The notes beneath the pieces are model-generated. The model was not told where the DNA came from. It did not search any database and worked only from the letters and a program-made list of their open reading frames with translations. A program made the position numbers and the translations under genes. Shown here piece after piece: positions 1 to 10,050 of a stretch of 64,000 nucleotides of DNA. This DNA comes from a virus: the IMG/VR virus record IMGVR_UViG_3300044953_000426, positions 2,458 through 66,457 of that record. One strand, 5' to 3'. The stretch's first letter is position 1. The number at the start of each line of letters is the position of its first letter.

Positions 1-397
1 TACCAAAGTTACCACCCATTATATAATGAGGCCCTGAACCAGTCACTCTCAAGCTACCGGTAAACTGTTGTACATCAGTCAACTGATTACCAAAAATATT
101 GCTACCAGAAGAATAGACAATAGAAGAAGTAACAGTCTGTACAACAAGTGTTTGTGCGGTTATAGTATTGTTGACTAGTAAGTTAGAAGCAGTTGCATCC
201 TGTCTGATCAAGAAGTTGTCAGCAGATGATGCTGTGGCCGCATATGATGCACTAATAGCAGATGATACTGATGTAGCAAATGAAGATGTGCCAAACAAAC
301 TACCTGTAAATGATTGAGCTACAACATTTGTTGTAACTGATAATGAGTTTAAAACAGCATTTGAGCCACTTACAATGACTTTTTTCCAATTTGGCAT
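1..397 (-). CDS. Tail-fibre-like virion protein, runs off the window edge; paralogue of 726..1865
   Basis: Manual translation from the ATG at 397: MPNWKKVIVSGSNAVLNSLSVTTNVVAQSFTGSLFGTSS..., the same N-terminus as MATWKKVIVSGSNAILNQL; Ser/Thr/Gly rich; not in the ORF track. Confidence 0.75.
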   Translation of the reverse strand, partial: MPNWKKVIVSGSNAVLNSLSVTTNVVAQSFTGSLFGTSSFATSVSSAISASYAATASSADNFLIRQDATASNLLVNNTITAQTLVVQTVTSSIVYSSGSNIFGNQLTDVQQFTGSLRVTGSGPHYIMGGNFG

Positions 398-412
398 AGT
401 ATATTACAATTT

Positions 413-476
413 ATACTGTGGTTAGATACATACACTTATGCCGTGTATATGCCTACTTCCTTTCGGCCTACAGTAT
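413..476 (-). ncRNA. Structured 5' leader RNA (three-way junction with a GAAA tetraloop)
   Basis: AUACUGU/ACAGUAU closing stem, CC-GAAA-GG hairpin and UAGG-C-AUAUACAC/GUGUAUGU-A-UCUA arm; lies between the promoter motif (484-491) and the ATG at 397. Confidence 0.55.
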
Positions 477-498
477 GTTTATAATAAATATGAAAAAA

Positions 499-729
499 TT
501 AAGGTAACTTAGTATAGTATGTCTGTAATTTTAAAACAAGTTCATAGACTTTTTGAACATGCTCACCTTTAAAGTTAGCATCTTTAATCATCATTAATAT
601 TGTCTCTATTTCACCTTTAGTGAATTGTAAAGTAGGTAGAGGAGTTTTTGATGGCTCCTCTACTTTATTATTTGTAATAACATTTTTTGCGTTAAAAGCC
701 ATAACTAATTTTTTAAGCAATCTTATCAT
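499..729 (-). CDS. Hypothetical protein (76 aa), possibly a fibre chaperone
   Basis: ORF coupled to the stop of the upstream fibre gene by an ATGA overlap; helical C-terminus. Confidence 0.6.
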   Translation of the reverse strand: MIRLLKKLVMAFNAKNVITNNKVEEPSKTPLPTLQFTKGEIETILMMIKDANFKGEHVQKVYELVLKLQTYYTKLP

Positions 730-1865
730 GAGTAAATATAAATATCTCCTGTACCACTATCAACATAGATGTTACCAAATCCATTGGTTGAACCACCCCA
801 TGTTGGAACTGCAGCTGGAGCACCTGATGCTTGTTTAGCAGTTACACCATATTCATCAGCTGTTAATATAGAAGTACTAGCATGAGCATCACCTGCAACT
901 GCCCATCTTCCATAAGTACCAGTTGAAGTTGTTTCTAAATACCAAGCTGAACCTGATAATCCACCTGAATCAATAATGATACCACCATCAGTTAATGTAC
1001 TAGAACCAGAGGCTAATAAAGCAAATCTATCAGCGATTAAAAGTGATGTTTGGTTATTAAAACTAGCTGTACCAGCAACTGTTAAGTCACCAGACACTGT
1101 TAAGTTACCATTAGCTGTAGCATTAGCGCCACTTAAAGTAAATACTGAGTTGCCACCACTTGATTGGATATCATTACCCATTACTTTAATACCACCAGCA
1201 AATGTAGTTAATGTGTTACTTGTTAAAGTGATATTTGTATTACCATTAGATGCTTTAATATCATTACCACCTAAAGTTAAGTCACCACCTAATGTTACAT
1301 CATTTGGTAAACCAATAGTTACTGTTTGGCTAGAAAATGAAGTTTCAATTTCATTAGCTGTACCAGCTATAGTTAAACCTTGAGTTAATAAGTTTATTGA
1401 ACCTGATCCTGTTGAACCTGTTATATTTAAAGTTATACCTAAACCAGTTAATTGAGAACCATCTCCCTTAAATGAACCACTAAATGAACCAGTTAAAATT
1501 GAGTTAGCACCAGTTAATTGAATTGAAGTGGTGCCTGTAACTGTAGTACCATTATCAGTTAAACTAGAATCAGCAAAAGCCGCTCCAGTCCACTTTGAAA
1601 TTTTATTACTATTTAATGTTGAAGCACCAGAAACAGCTATAGTAGCTGTAGTAGAACCATCATAAGTAAAAGCAGTAATACCTGTACTTTGAGTTAAATC
1701 AGGTAAATTAGAGGTACCAAAGAAGGAACCACTAAATGATCCACTAAATGAACCACTTAAAAAGGTAGTAGATGCTAATGGTGTAATTTGTTGATTAGTA
1801 TCAACATTTAATTGATTAAGTATCGCATTACTACCTGATACTATGACTTTTTTCCAAGTTGCCAT
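726..1865 (-). CDS. Tail-fibre-like virion protein
   Basis: SGSFSGSF repeats, GDLTLGGN/GNLTVSGDLTVAG beta-repeats, C-terminal GNIYVDSGTGDIYIY. Confidence 0.7.
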   Translation of the reverse strand: MATWKKVIVSGSNAILNQLNVDTNQQITPLASTTFLSGSFSGSFSGSFFGTSNLPDLTQSTGITAFTYDGSTTATIAVSGASTLNSNKISKWTGAAFADSSLTDNGTTVTGTTSIQLTGANSILTGSFSGSFKGDGSQLTGLGITLNITGSTGSGSINLLTQGLTIAGTANEIETSFSSQTVTIGLPNDVTLGGDLTLGGNDIKASNGNTNITLTSNTLTTFAGGIKVMGNDIQSSGGNSVFTLSGANATANGNLTVSGDLTVAGTASFNNQTSLLIADRFALLASGSSTLTDGGIIIDSGGLSGSAWYLETTSTGTYGRWAVAGDAHASTSILTADEYGVTAKQASGAPAAVPTWGGSTNGFGNIYVDSGTGDIYIYS

Positions 1866-1882
1866 ATTTTTTATATTTTAGT

Positions 1883-2296
1883 TTACGGCACTACATTATC
1901 AGTACCGATATACATATCATAAGAGGTGAAATAAATACCACCTTGTACTGAATCTGGAGCTGAGCCTGTAAATGTTTTTAAAATTGTCACACCTTGATTA
2001 TTAACAGCAAATGCACTTCCTGTGGCATCTTGTATTAAAAATATGTTTGCTACAGAACCTGTTGATACTAATGTTAAAGTAGCATTATCTAAAAATGAAA
2101 GATAACCTTTAGAAGCAGTTATATAAAATGGGGTAACTAAATTAAAATCACCTTCAAAACTACCACTAAATGCACCTTCAAAAGAACCAGATGCCATAGC
2201 AAATGAGCCAGTAATAGCACTGATGTTTATACCAGCATCTACTGATGTAAATGTTACATCTCTATTTTGAGGCGCTATTTTTAAAAAGGTTCCCAT
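1883..2296 (-). CDS. Short fibre-like structural protein
   Basis: SGSF repeats; C-terminal VNNQGV...GGIYF module shared with 2296..2568. Confidence 0.6.
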   Translation of the reverse strand: MGTFLKIAPQNRDVTFTSVDAGINISAITGSFAMASGSFEGAFSGSFEGDFNLVTPFYITASKGYLSFLDNATLTLVSTGSVANIFLIQDATGSAFAVNNQGVTILKTFTGSAPDSVQGGIYFTSYDMYIGTDNVVP

Positions 2297-2568
2297 TATT
2301 GTCTATAATATAAATACCAGTCATCTGAAGCACTATAAAAAAGTCCTCCAGTTACAACTGTTGGTGTATTAAAAATTTCTTTATATTCAACAACTCCTTG
2401 TTGATTTACTTTAAATATTTGTTGTCCATTATCTTTTATGATAAAAAAATCAGTACTTGATGTAACAGAATTTATTTCAACATAGCTCCCACTAAATAAA
2501 AATGTACCTGAACTTCCGCTCAGATGAAATGGTATGTCTAACTGATATCCTTGTATTAAATTAGCCAT
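2296..2568 (-). CDS. Short fibre-like structural protein
   Basis: VNQQGV...GGLFY module, paralogous to 1883..2296. Confidence 0.6.
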   Translation of the reverse strand: MANLIQGYQLDIPFHLSGSSGTFLFSGSYVEINSVTSSTDFFIIKDNGQQIFKVNQQGVVEYKEIFNTPTVVTGGLFYSASDDWYLYYRQ

Positions 2569-2573
2569 GTCTT

Positions 2574-3812
2574 TTATGAGAATTTACCAATTACTGAAAT
2601 TCCATTTGTTGTTGTTAAATTGTATCCTAATCCTACTGTGTCAATAACTATATCAATATTAGCTCCATTTTGTGTTACAGATACAATAAGATTGTTAGGT
2701 ATATAAGTAGCATTAATTACTATATTAAAAGCAGTTTTATCAGTAGGAGGTAATGGAGGTGGAGCAGGTGTTATAGTACTATTTAATACACGTAAAGTGT
2801 TATAACTCATAAATTGTAAATCACCTTCTGTTTTAGTTACAATACCTGCTAAATAAGCTACAACAGCATTTGAAGCATCTACAATCTCAATATTTTGAGC
2901 TGGTGTTGGGAAGTTAACAGCTTGTTTTTTAACAGTATTTAATGGTGTAGTTCCAATAGTGAATATATCTATATCATCTGTTTCTAAATTAAATACTAAT
3001 TGTGCTTTTGATAAATACTTTTTAGGATAAGAAATATCTCTATTTACTGTATCTGGAATAATATATCCATTTAAAGTAATATCAAAATTAGTTCTTGTTG
3101 TTCTATCTTGTCCAACACTATATTCAGTTGATGTAGTAAATGAACCAATATTAGCTCTAAACTGGAATCTACCTTCCTCACCCCAATATGTGTTAGCAGC
3201 GTATTGTAAAGCCTCTATAATTTTATTATTCTGTTCTAAATGGTTTGTAAATACAACAGCGCTATACTTTAAAGTAACATATTCAGGCATTACAACTATC
3301 CTATACTCCTTAACAGGGATACGATTTGATAAAGCTGCAAAGTTATCATATTGATTTTTCTTTGTGTATGGTACTTCAAATGTGTGTATATTTTGTGGTC
3401 TGTTTGCGTCAACTTTAGTTCCTAAAGTTCTGTTCGCCTCTAAACTATCACGTTTTAAAACAATAATAGGTGCTACAAATCTTCCTGAGTATTCTCTTAA
3501 AAATCCTTTTTCTTGAATTGTAGCCCAACGCTCTGGAAAACCATACATTACAGGTACTTGAAGTTGGTTACCATCTTGCATAATAGATGGTTTGACTTTT
3601 TGTTCAATATATTTGATAATAGAAGTATCAATATCCATTATACTGATGGATATATCTTTTGTTCTATCACCTTTTGTAGATACTTCGTTTCCTCTATTGA
3701 TAAAGTTGTCTGATGCTCTTAAACCTAAATTAGGATCTTGAACATTAGTGCCTAATGCTTCATCATAAATCTCACGAAGATTTTTTGGTCTTGGTTTTCT
3801 AGTTTTAGGCAT
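2574..3812 (-). CDS. Tail terminator / sheath stabiliser (T4 gp15-like) with C-terminal extension
   Basis: QVPVMYGFPERWATIQ motif and P-EYVTLKYS..N.IIE pattern typical of gp15-like proteins; follows gp13/gp14-like genes. Confidence 0.55.
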   Translation of the reverse strand: MPKTRKPRPKNLREIYDEALGTNVQDPNLGLRASDNFINRGNEVSTKGDRTKDISISIMDIDTSIIKYIEQKVKPSIMQDGNQLQVPVMYGFPERWATIQEKGFLREYSGRFVAPIIVLKRDSLEANRTLGTKVDANRPQNIHTFEVPYTKKNQYDNFAALSNRIPVKEYRIVVMPEYVTLKYSAVVFTNHLEQNNKIIEALQYAANTYWGEEGRFQFRANIGSFTTSTEYSVGQDRTTRTNFDITLNGYIIPDTVNRDISYPKKYLSKAQLVFNLETDDIDIFTIGTTPLNTVKKQAVNFPTPAQNIEIVDASNAVVAYLAGIVTKTEGDLQFMSYNTLRVLNSTITPAPPPLPPTDKTAFNIVINATYIPNNLIVSVTQNGANIDIVIDTVGLGYNLTTTNGISVIGKFS

Positions 3813-4570
3813 TATAATAATTTATAAGGTAATAAATTAAGTCTACTTACTCTTGTTAAATAACAATCTAAATTAAACTTTAGAATTTTAACTGGAGGAC
3901 AGTTTAAATTAGTTTGTCCAATATTAGATACAACAGAATAATAATCAACTACCAAATTATGAATTTCATAATATTTTTCTCTACCAACATCAAAAATTAT
4001 ATCTCCAATTTCTGGTGTTATGTTTATAGGTACAATAATATTAAATGGATTAGTTGTACTTAAAACAGCCTCAGGTATACTTACTTTTATATTTTGCATA
4101 ACATCAGGTCCAAACATCTCATTATCAATAGTTTCAGGATTTCTTTCTATAGATCCTTTTGTTTGAATTCCTTCAAAATACCATTTTTCTAATGATTCAC
4201 CATATATATTTTTCTTAGTTTGTTCTAAATTTAGTTTGTAATAAATTATTCTATCAACTAAAAATGATACAAGTGATGCTTGTACTAATTGTGGACTAAC
4301 AAAGTCAATACACTGTGGTGTAGGTGTAATTGTAGGAGTTGGAGTTGGTGTTTCTGTCGGCTCAGGAGTAACAGTAGCTGTTGGGGTTGGAGTTATAGTT
4401 GGAGTTGGAGTTGGTGTAGGTGTTGGTCCACCTGGAGTTGGAGTAATTGTTGGGGTTGGAGTTATAGTTGGTGTAGGTGTTGGTGTAGCTGTAGCAAAGT
4501 CTATAGGCCCATTTCCATCATTTGGATCATCAGGCATAAAGAATCTTCTTGGGTAAGTATTTAAAAACAT
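3812..4570 (-). CDS. Neck / head-completion protein (T4 gp14-like) with Pro-Thr tract
   Basis: [22 protein letters not shown] and [12 protein letters not shown] motifs; position between gp13- and gp15-like genes. Confidence 0.55.
   Translation of the reverse strand: MFLNTYPRRFFMPDDPNDGNGPIDFATATPTPTPTITPTPTITPTPGGPTPTPTPTPTITPTPTATVTPEPTETPTPTPTITPTPQCIDFVSPQLVQASLVSFLVDRIIYYKLNLEQTKKNIYGESLEKWYFEGIQTKGSIERNPETIDNEMFGPDVMQNIKVSIPEAVLSTTNPFNIIVPINITPEIGDIIFDVGREKYYEIHNLVVDYYSVVSNIGQTNLNCPPVKILKFNLDCYLTRVSRLNLLPYKLL
4315..4494 (-). repeat. Coding (TP)n low-complexity repeat
   Basis: GGTGTA/GGAGTT hexamer repeats encoding TPTPTITP. Confidence 0.9.
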
Positions 4571-4576
4571 AAACTA

Positions 4577-6217
4577 TTATAAAGCGTATATTGGTAAAGG
4601 AATTTGGTTCATTGATTGACGAGTGAATTCAGCTTCTTGTTGTTTTCTTTCAAGTTGAGATCTACGAGAAACTTCATTTAACATTTCTTTTAACTCATCC
4701 ATTAAAGACTGTTTTTCAGCTCTAGCATCTGTTAATAATTCACCACCCTTAAACATACCTGGGATTTGTCCTGTGTCTAAAGCTGTTTTAACTTGTCCTT
4801 CTATTTCTTTACACAATGCTAAAGTATATCTATAAATCCACATTCTACCAACATGGTTAATATTAGAATAAATTGGATTACGATAAGGAACTCTCATCAC
4901 ATCAGATACAACATTTCTTTGTAAAGAAGTTACAGGATTATTTGTATCACTTTTTTTAACATACTTAAATAGTAAGTAAGTAGGTCCAAATTCATCTGTT
5001 GGTACAGGAAATAATCTTAATTGATTATTAACTAAGTCAAATGAATAAGCTGATTTTCTTACTTGGTCATTAAATTCAATTGCTTGAATCTTTTGAATAT
5101 CCCAATATACAGGCATTAACATAAAGTTAATACCTGGTGAGTAAGAACCAAATCCAAATGTCTCAAGTAAACCTTGAACACCAGTACCTGTACCAGCATA
5201 TGGATCAAAATATCTTACAATTGCAGGAGGTTCTTGATAAAATACCTCTCTAATTTCAATACTATCTCCATCATTTAATGAAGCTGAAGCAGCAGCCCAA
5301 GCATTTAAATCATATATTTGTTGACCAGGAGTTAAATTAAGAGAACCAGTGTATTCAGTTACTGTACCTCCTACACTAGTTGCTCCACCATAAGTGTCAG
5401 CTATTCTAATTTGAGCCGCTAAGTTACTATTTATTACTTTATTATTTAACTCATTTTGTAAACGAGCTTGATAATAAATTGTTGGAATACCATTTTGATT
5501 ATAGTTAGTAAAACGAGCTGGATATTGTCCACTCACACCTGGATCAACAGTAAAGAAATAAATAAAATCACTACCATCAGTTATAATATTATTTGATCCA
5601 GAAGTTGGACCAGCTACTTTATTAAATTGATTTAATACTACTCTTGATAAGTTAACATTATTATTACCATTATAATAAGCATCACCTGCTAAAGTAAAGT
5701 TATTTAAAAAATCTAAATTTGGAGCAACAAAGTCACTTAATGAAGCTGACATTACATATACTTCATTATCCACAATAGATTGAGAATAGAAAGTATCATT
5801 CCCAATCTCATCCCATTTAGCAGTACGAGCTGGAGACCAGAATATAGGTGTTTTATTAGAAACACTATTAATTAAAGTAGTACTTGATTGGTTAAATACA
5901 TCTGTTTCAGAACCCTCTAAATTAATATAATTGTCTCTGATTTTATATTGATAAACGGTGTTACCATATGTTAATACCGCTTCTTCAAACGCAGCGTAAA
6001 CACCAATATCACTTAAATTCACCATGTAAGCAGCTCCAACACCTGTAGTTATACCTAAGCGTTGAGCTACAAATACAGTACAGTTTTTAGCATCTCTAAC
6101 AAACTCAGTGTCATTATCAAAATATCCAAAAGGAGTATTGCCTTTAACTGTGGTTAAACTACCAAATCCTGTTGATATATTTCCAGCAGCATATAATTGT
6201 GTAAGGTTTTGCGCCAT
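4577..6217 (-). CDS. Neck protein (T4 gp13-like)
   Basis: WIYRYTLALCKEI..G.ELLTDARAEK..L.DEL C-terminal pattern and LRLFPVP motif; position. Confidence 0.6.
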   Translation of the reverse strand: MAQNLTQLYAAGNISTGFGSLTTVKGNTPFGYFDNDTEFVRDAKNCTVFVAQRLGITTGVGAAYMVNLSDIGVYAAFEEAVLTYGNTVYQYKIRDNYINLEGSETDVFNQSSTTLINSVSNKTPIFWSPARTAKWDEIGNDTFYSQSIVDNEVYVMSASLSDFVAPNLDFLNNFTLAGDAYYNGNNNVNLSRVVLNQFNKVAGPTSGSNNIITDGSDFIYFFTVDPGVSGQYPARFTNYNQNGIPTIYYQARLQNELNNKVINSNLAAQIRIADTYGGATSVGGTVTEYTGSLNLTPGQQIYDLNAWAAASASLNDGDSIEIREVFYQEPPAIVRYFDPYAGTGTGVQGLLETFGFGSYSPGINFMLMPVYWDIQKIQAIEFNDQVRKSAYSFDLVNNQLRLFPVPTDEFGPTYLLFKYVKKSDTNNPVTSLQRNVVSDVMRVPYRNPIYSNINHVGRMWIYRYTLALCKEIEGQVKTALDTGQIPGMFKGGELLTDARAEKQSLMDELKEMLNEVSRRSQLERKQQEAEFTRQSMNQIPLPIYAL

Positions 6218-6258
6218 TTATATTAATATTATTCTAATATAAATATCGTTAAATCCAG

Positions 6259-6927
6259 TTACTTTCCATATTCATATTCAAGTATCTTACCAACTAGGTC
6301 GGAGCGGTGATTTTCTTTTAATTTAATCCACTTGATCTCTTCAATCTTTTTAGATAATTCGATCGCATAACTTAAACCATTTATTTCACCAGTATTTGAT
6401 TTTATATCGGTTTGTTCATTATCACCGTTAATCACTATTTTACCTGTTTTACCTAAACGAGTTAATATAGCTAACATCTCACCTTTAGTTAAATTTTGAG
6501 CCTCTTCTACAATTAGTATATCGTCTATAGTTTTACCTCTAATAAATTGTACTGGTAAGGCTTTAATTTTATTATCCTCAATTAATTCAGGTATTTCATT
6601 TTTGTTAGTACAACATTTATTAAGATTTTCAACAAATGCTTCCATATATGGGTCAAATTTACCATTAATATCTCCAGGTAAAAATCCTAATGATTTACCT
6701 ACTTCAACAGCTGCACGTGTATTATATATACAGTTAATTTGTTTTTTTTTAAAAAAATCTAATGCGGCTTGAGCACATACTAATGACTTACCTGATCCTG
6801 CTCTACCTGTTATAATTACTACTTGATTTTCTACTATTAACCTTTTTGCTTCTTTTTGTTCTTCATTTAACTGAATAGCATTAATAACTTTAATGTCATT
6901 CTTTCTTTCACGGTTTGGTTCCTTCAT
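6259..6927 (-). CDS. phoH: PhoH-family ATPase
   Basis: GRAGSGKS, LGFLPGD, RGKT, EEAQN, LTRLG, GDNEQTD and HRS motifs. Confidence 0.95.
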   Translation of the reverse strand: MKEPNRERKNDIKVINAIQLNEEQKEAKRLIVENQVVIITGRAGSGKSLVCAQAALDFFKKKQINCIYNTRAAVEVGKSLGFLPGDINGKFDPYMEAFVENLNKCCTNKNEIPELIEDNKIKALPVQFIRGKTIDDILIVEEAQNLTKGEMLAILTRLGKTGKIVINGDNEQTDIKSNTGEINGLSYAIELSKKIEEIKWIKLKENHRSDLVGKILEYEYGK

Positions 6928-6950
6928 ATAACTTAATTTGTTATAAATAT

Positions 6951-6990
6951 AAAAGAAAAAACCCGAGCAAACGCTCGGGCTTTTTATTTA
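6951..6990. terminator. Intrinsic terminator after the major capsid gene (bidirectional)
   Basis: CCCGAGC-AAAC-GCTCGGG hairpin flanked by A-run and T-run. Confidence 0.85.
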
Positions 6991-7010
6991 TGACTCTAGG
7001 TCAATACTGA

Positions 7011-8672
7011 TTAGATAATGTTCAAATCAGCAACTTTAACAATACCATAGAATTCAGGACGTACCATTTTCTTAGCGTAACGAGTCATAATACCTTTTCT
7101 TGGAGTGAAGGTATTTGGATCATACACTAGTGGAGTCATGATTAATGGAATGTATGGAGCGTAAACAGCACCAGTCTCTAAGAACTGAGATCCACGGAAG
7201 CCCATAAGAATAACATTCTCGAGCATATATGGATTCTTATAAACTTTGTAACGGCTGTTTAACTGGCCAATTTTCTGAACACCAAAAGCATACTTCATGT
7301 TATCAGCAGCTCCGTCTGTGTCAGCAGCAAATCCTGGAATAGATTCAAGGATAGTAGCTACAGTTGGAGATACAACCATAAAGTTAGCGCCACCACGTAA
7401 AGTACGTTGGTGAATTGTGTTAGAAACTTTCTGTAATTTGATACCTAAAGTTTGGAACCAAGTCATCTGAGTGTAGTATACACCAGCAGTATTGCTGTCA
7501 AAAGCATTACCAGCAGCATTTAATTGGTTACCAACTTTTGCAGACCATACTTCAGAAATTGGAGCGTTTTGAATCAACATGTCTAAGATTTCTAAGTCAA
7601 TCTCAAGAGAGATGTACTCTGATAACATAGAAGTTAATTCAGCTTCAGCATCTAAGTTTTGATAAGCATTCAAGTCCTGAGCAAATTCTGGAGTCCATTG
7701 AGCTTTTAACTTACGAGTCTTAGCAGCGATAGTCTCAGAGCGCAATTGAACATTGATTTCTGGAATAGTAAGAGTAGTGAGACTACCAGCATTTGGATAA
7801 CCAGCACCAGAAGCATCTTCGAAATCACCACGAGCATTATCAGCTGTCTTCTTGTTGAAGAACAATGTCATAGAAGTTGTTACAGCGTTAATAGCAGTAA
7901 CAGCAGAAGCAGTTACATATAACTTAACAGTACCACCACTAATAGTAGTGAATTGAGGTAAAAATGTAGTTGAAGTGATAACTGTACCTGGAGAAGCATT
8001 AGTGCCATCAATCAAATAAAGATCACGAACACCATTAACATCAAAGTTAGATGGGAAACCAGCTGAACCAGTTGTTAAAGTTATTTTTACAACTTTACTA
8101 GCAGCCATAGAAGCACTGTAGTTAGAATCAAAGTTAATTTCAGAGAAAGTAGCAGCAGCCACATTTGTAGCATTAGTTAAAGAAGATGAGAATTGGTTGA
8201 TTGAGTAACCAAAACGTCCAGCGCCATAAAGACCACCTTCAGCTAAGTTACCAAAACCTTCACCAGAAGCAGCTGTGCCATAAAGTGAATTACCAGAAGA
8301 GAAAGGATTCTTAGTAGTTCCATATTGGAAATCTAAGAAGAATACTAAACCAGCAGGTAAGCTCATTGGTTGTACAGAAACAAACTCTTTAGCAGCGATT
8401 TGACCAAATACTTTACGCACTAAAGGTAAAGCAACACCAGCCCACTGCTCACCAGTTCCTGGAGTAAATGTACCACCAGTACCAGTTTGAGATGATTCAA
8501 CAACCAACTGCTTAGCTTGGTTTTCAAGCATTACAGCCATGTTTGATTGGTCATAGTCTTTAAGACCTTCCAATAAACCTGACTTAGCCCATTTACTAGC
8601 GAGACGAGCAGCGTCGCCTTGCTGAGACTGCCATGGGTTAGCAGATTCGATTAAAGATTGAACAGTACTCAT
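7011..8672 (-). CDS. gp23: Major capsid protein (T4 gp23 family)
   Basis: VSVQPM, KTRKLKAQWTPEFAQDL, YAPYIPL, FTPRKGIMTRY motifs. Confidence 0.95.
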   Translation of the reverse strand: MSTVQSLIESANPWQSQQGDAARLASKWAKSGLLEGLKDYDQSNMAVMLENQAKQLVVESSQTGTGGTFTPGTGEQWAGVALPLVRKVFGQIAAKEFVSVQPMSLPAGLVFFLDFQYGTTKNPFSSGNSLYGTAASGEGFGNLAEGGLYGAGRFGYSINQFSSSLTNATNVAAATFSEINFDSNYSASMAASKVVKITLTTGSAGFPSNFDVNGVRDLYLIDGTNASPGTVITSTTFLPQFTTISGGTVKLYVTASAVTAINAVTTSMTLFFNKKTADNARGDFEDASGAGYPNAGSLTTLTIPEINVQLRSETIAAKTRKLKAQWTPEFAQDLNAYQNLDAEAELTSMLSEYISLEIDLEILDMLIQNAPISEVWSAKVGNQLNAAGNAFDSNTAGVYYTQMTWFQTLGIKLQKVSNTIHQRTLRGGANFMVVSPTVATILESIPGFAADTDGAADNMKYAFGVQKIGQLNSRYKVYKNPYMLENVILMGFRGSQFLETGAVYAPYIPLIMTPLVYDPNTFTPRKGIMTRYAKKMVRPEFYGIVKVADLNII

Positions 8673-8718
8673 TTTTAAAAAAATTTAATTTTGTTTTGTT
8701 TTTTTATTTAGTCAAAAC

Positions 8719-10041
8719 TTATTTAATAATTCCTGCTAATTGTTGCATACGGCGAATAGCAGCATCACCTTCTACAATCGGTTGTTTTGGTGCAACACCA
8801 GCTGCCTTAGAGGCAAATCCAACTGATTCTTTAATTGTAGATTTAGTCTTAGAACTTAATGACTCAGATAAAGTATTGTAAACAGTTTTAACTTCTTTTA
8901 CATTAGTTGCTTTATCAAAAGTTTTTAATACCTTAACCTTTTGAGCTTCATTCAAAGACTTAGCTTTGAAGATTTTATTTGTGTAGAGAAGTTTAGCATT
9001 TAAAAGGTTAACTTCGTTGAGCTCAGTTTGTAAAGTTTTGATGGTAGTGATGGCTTCTTCTAAGTCTTTTTCAGTTTTTTTCTTGGCTTCTTCCATGTCT
9101 TCTTTTTCAGTTTCTTCAACTTTCTTTTCTTCAACAGGTTTTTTACCTTCTTTTTCCATTTTTTTCTTCTCATCAACTGGTTTTTTGCCTCCCTTTTCTT
9201 TTTCAAGTTCAGCTAAAAGTTCATCAAGGCTGATAGATTCTTCATCTTCAACTTCTTCACCAGCTTCATCTTCTAAGTCAATTTCGCCTTCACCTTCTTC
9301 TTCGCTATCACCCATAACATCTTTTAATACATCACGGATAATGTCTTTGAGTTCATCTACAGTAAGTTCAGTAACTTCATTATTGTCATCATCTTCTTCT
9401 AAAGACTCTTCAACTTTTTCTTTTTTGTTTTTGTTTTTAGCTTTTTCCATGTCTTTCTTTTCCTCTACTTTTTTCTTAGCTTCTTCCATGTCTTTCTTTT
9501 TAGTTTCTTCAGCTTTTTCTTTAGCTTCAAGTTGGGCTAAGATTTCTTCAAGGTCAGTTTCTTCCATAGAATAATCTTCTTCATAACTTTCTCCTTCCAT
9601 CTTTTTTTTACCTTCATGGTCTTCACCCAAAGTATTAGGTAGTAATCTCCAACCAGCGTCATTAAGTACTTTTGTCGCTCTACGTTTGTCTGTTGGGTTA
9701 GTTAGATAGATCTCAAATTCACCAAATGTTACTTCAACTCTTGCCTTGATTCCAGCATCTCGAAGTATTTCTTCAAAGTACTCCGCTGTATCATCATCAG
9801 CATCATTGGCTGGAATAATAATTTGAGGTTCATCTTCGGTTTCTTTCATACTATAGCCTTTTTCTTCCATTTTCTTCTCTTCTAATCCTTCTTCTTCCAA
9901 CTCGTTTAATTTAGCTGAAAGCATAGACATGATTTTTGGAGTGAAAGTTTCTTCAAGGGCAGCTTTAGCATTAGCTACAGCAGCATTGCGAACAGCCTTA
10001 GCATCAGCAATTGCTTGACTGAATAATTCTTGATTTGTCAT
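8719..10041 (-). CDS. Prohead core scaffold protein (gp22-like)
   Basis: Acidic coiled coil with many xEE sites, immediately upstream of the capsid gene; ends in RMQQLAGIIK. Confidence 0.8.
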   Translation of the reverse strand: MTNQELFSQAIADAKAVRNAAVANAKAALEETFTPKIMSMLSAKLNELEEEGLEEKKMEEKGYSMKETEDEPQIIIPANDADDDTAEYFEEILRDAGIKARVEVTFGEFEIYLTNPTDKRRATKVLNDAGWRLLPNTLGEDHEGKKKMEGESYEEDYSMEETDLEEILAQLEAKEKAEETKKKDMEEAKKKVEEKKDMEKAKNKNKKEKVEESLEEDDDNNEVTELTVDELKDIIRDVLKDVMGDSEEEGEGEIDLEDEAGEEVEDEESISLDELLAELEKEKGGKKPVDEKKKMEKEGKKPVEEKKVEETEKEDMEEAKKKTEKDLEEAITTIKTLQTELNEVNLLNAKLLYTNKIFKAKSLNEAQKVKVLKTFDKATNVKEVKTVYNTLSESLSSKTKSTIKESVGFASKAAGVAPKQPIVEGDAAIRRMQQLAGIIK

Positions 10042-10050
10042 TTGAATTTT

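Noticed and set aside
6259-6927. phoH next to the capsid gene as a novelty
   Set aside because: phoH is common in large aquatic phages.
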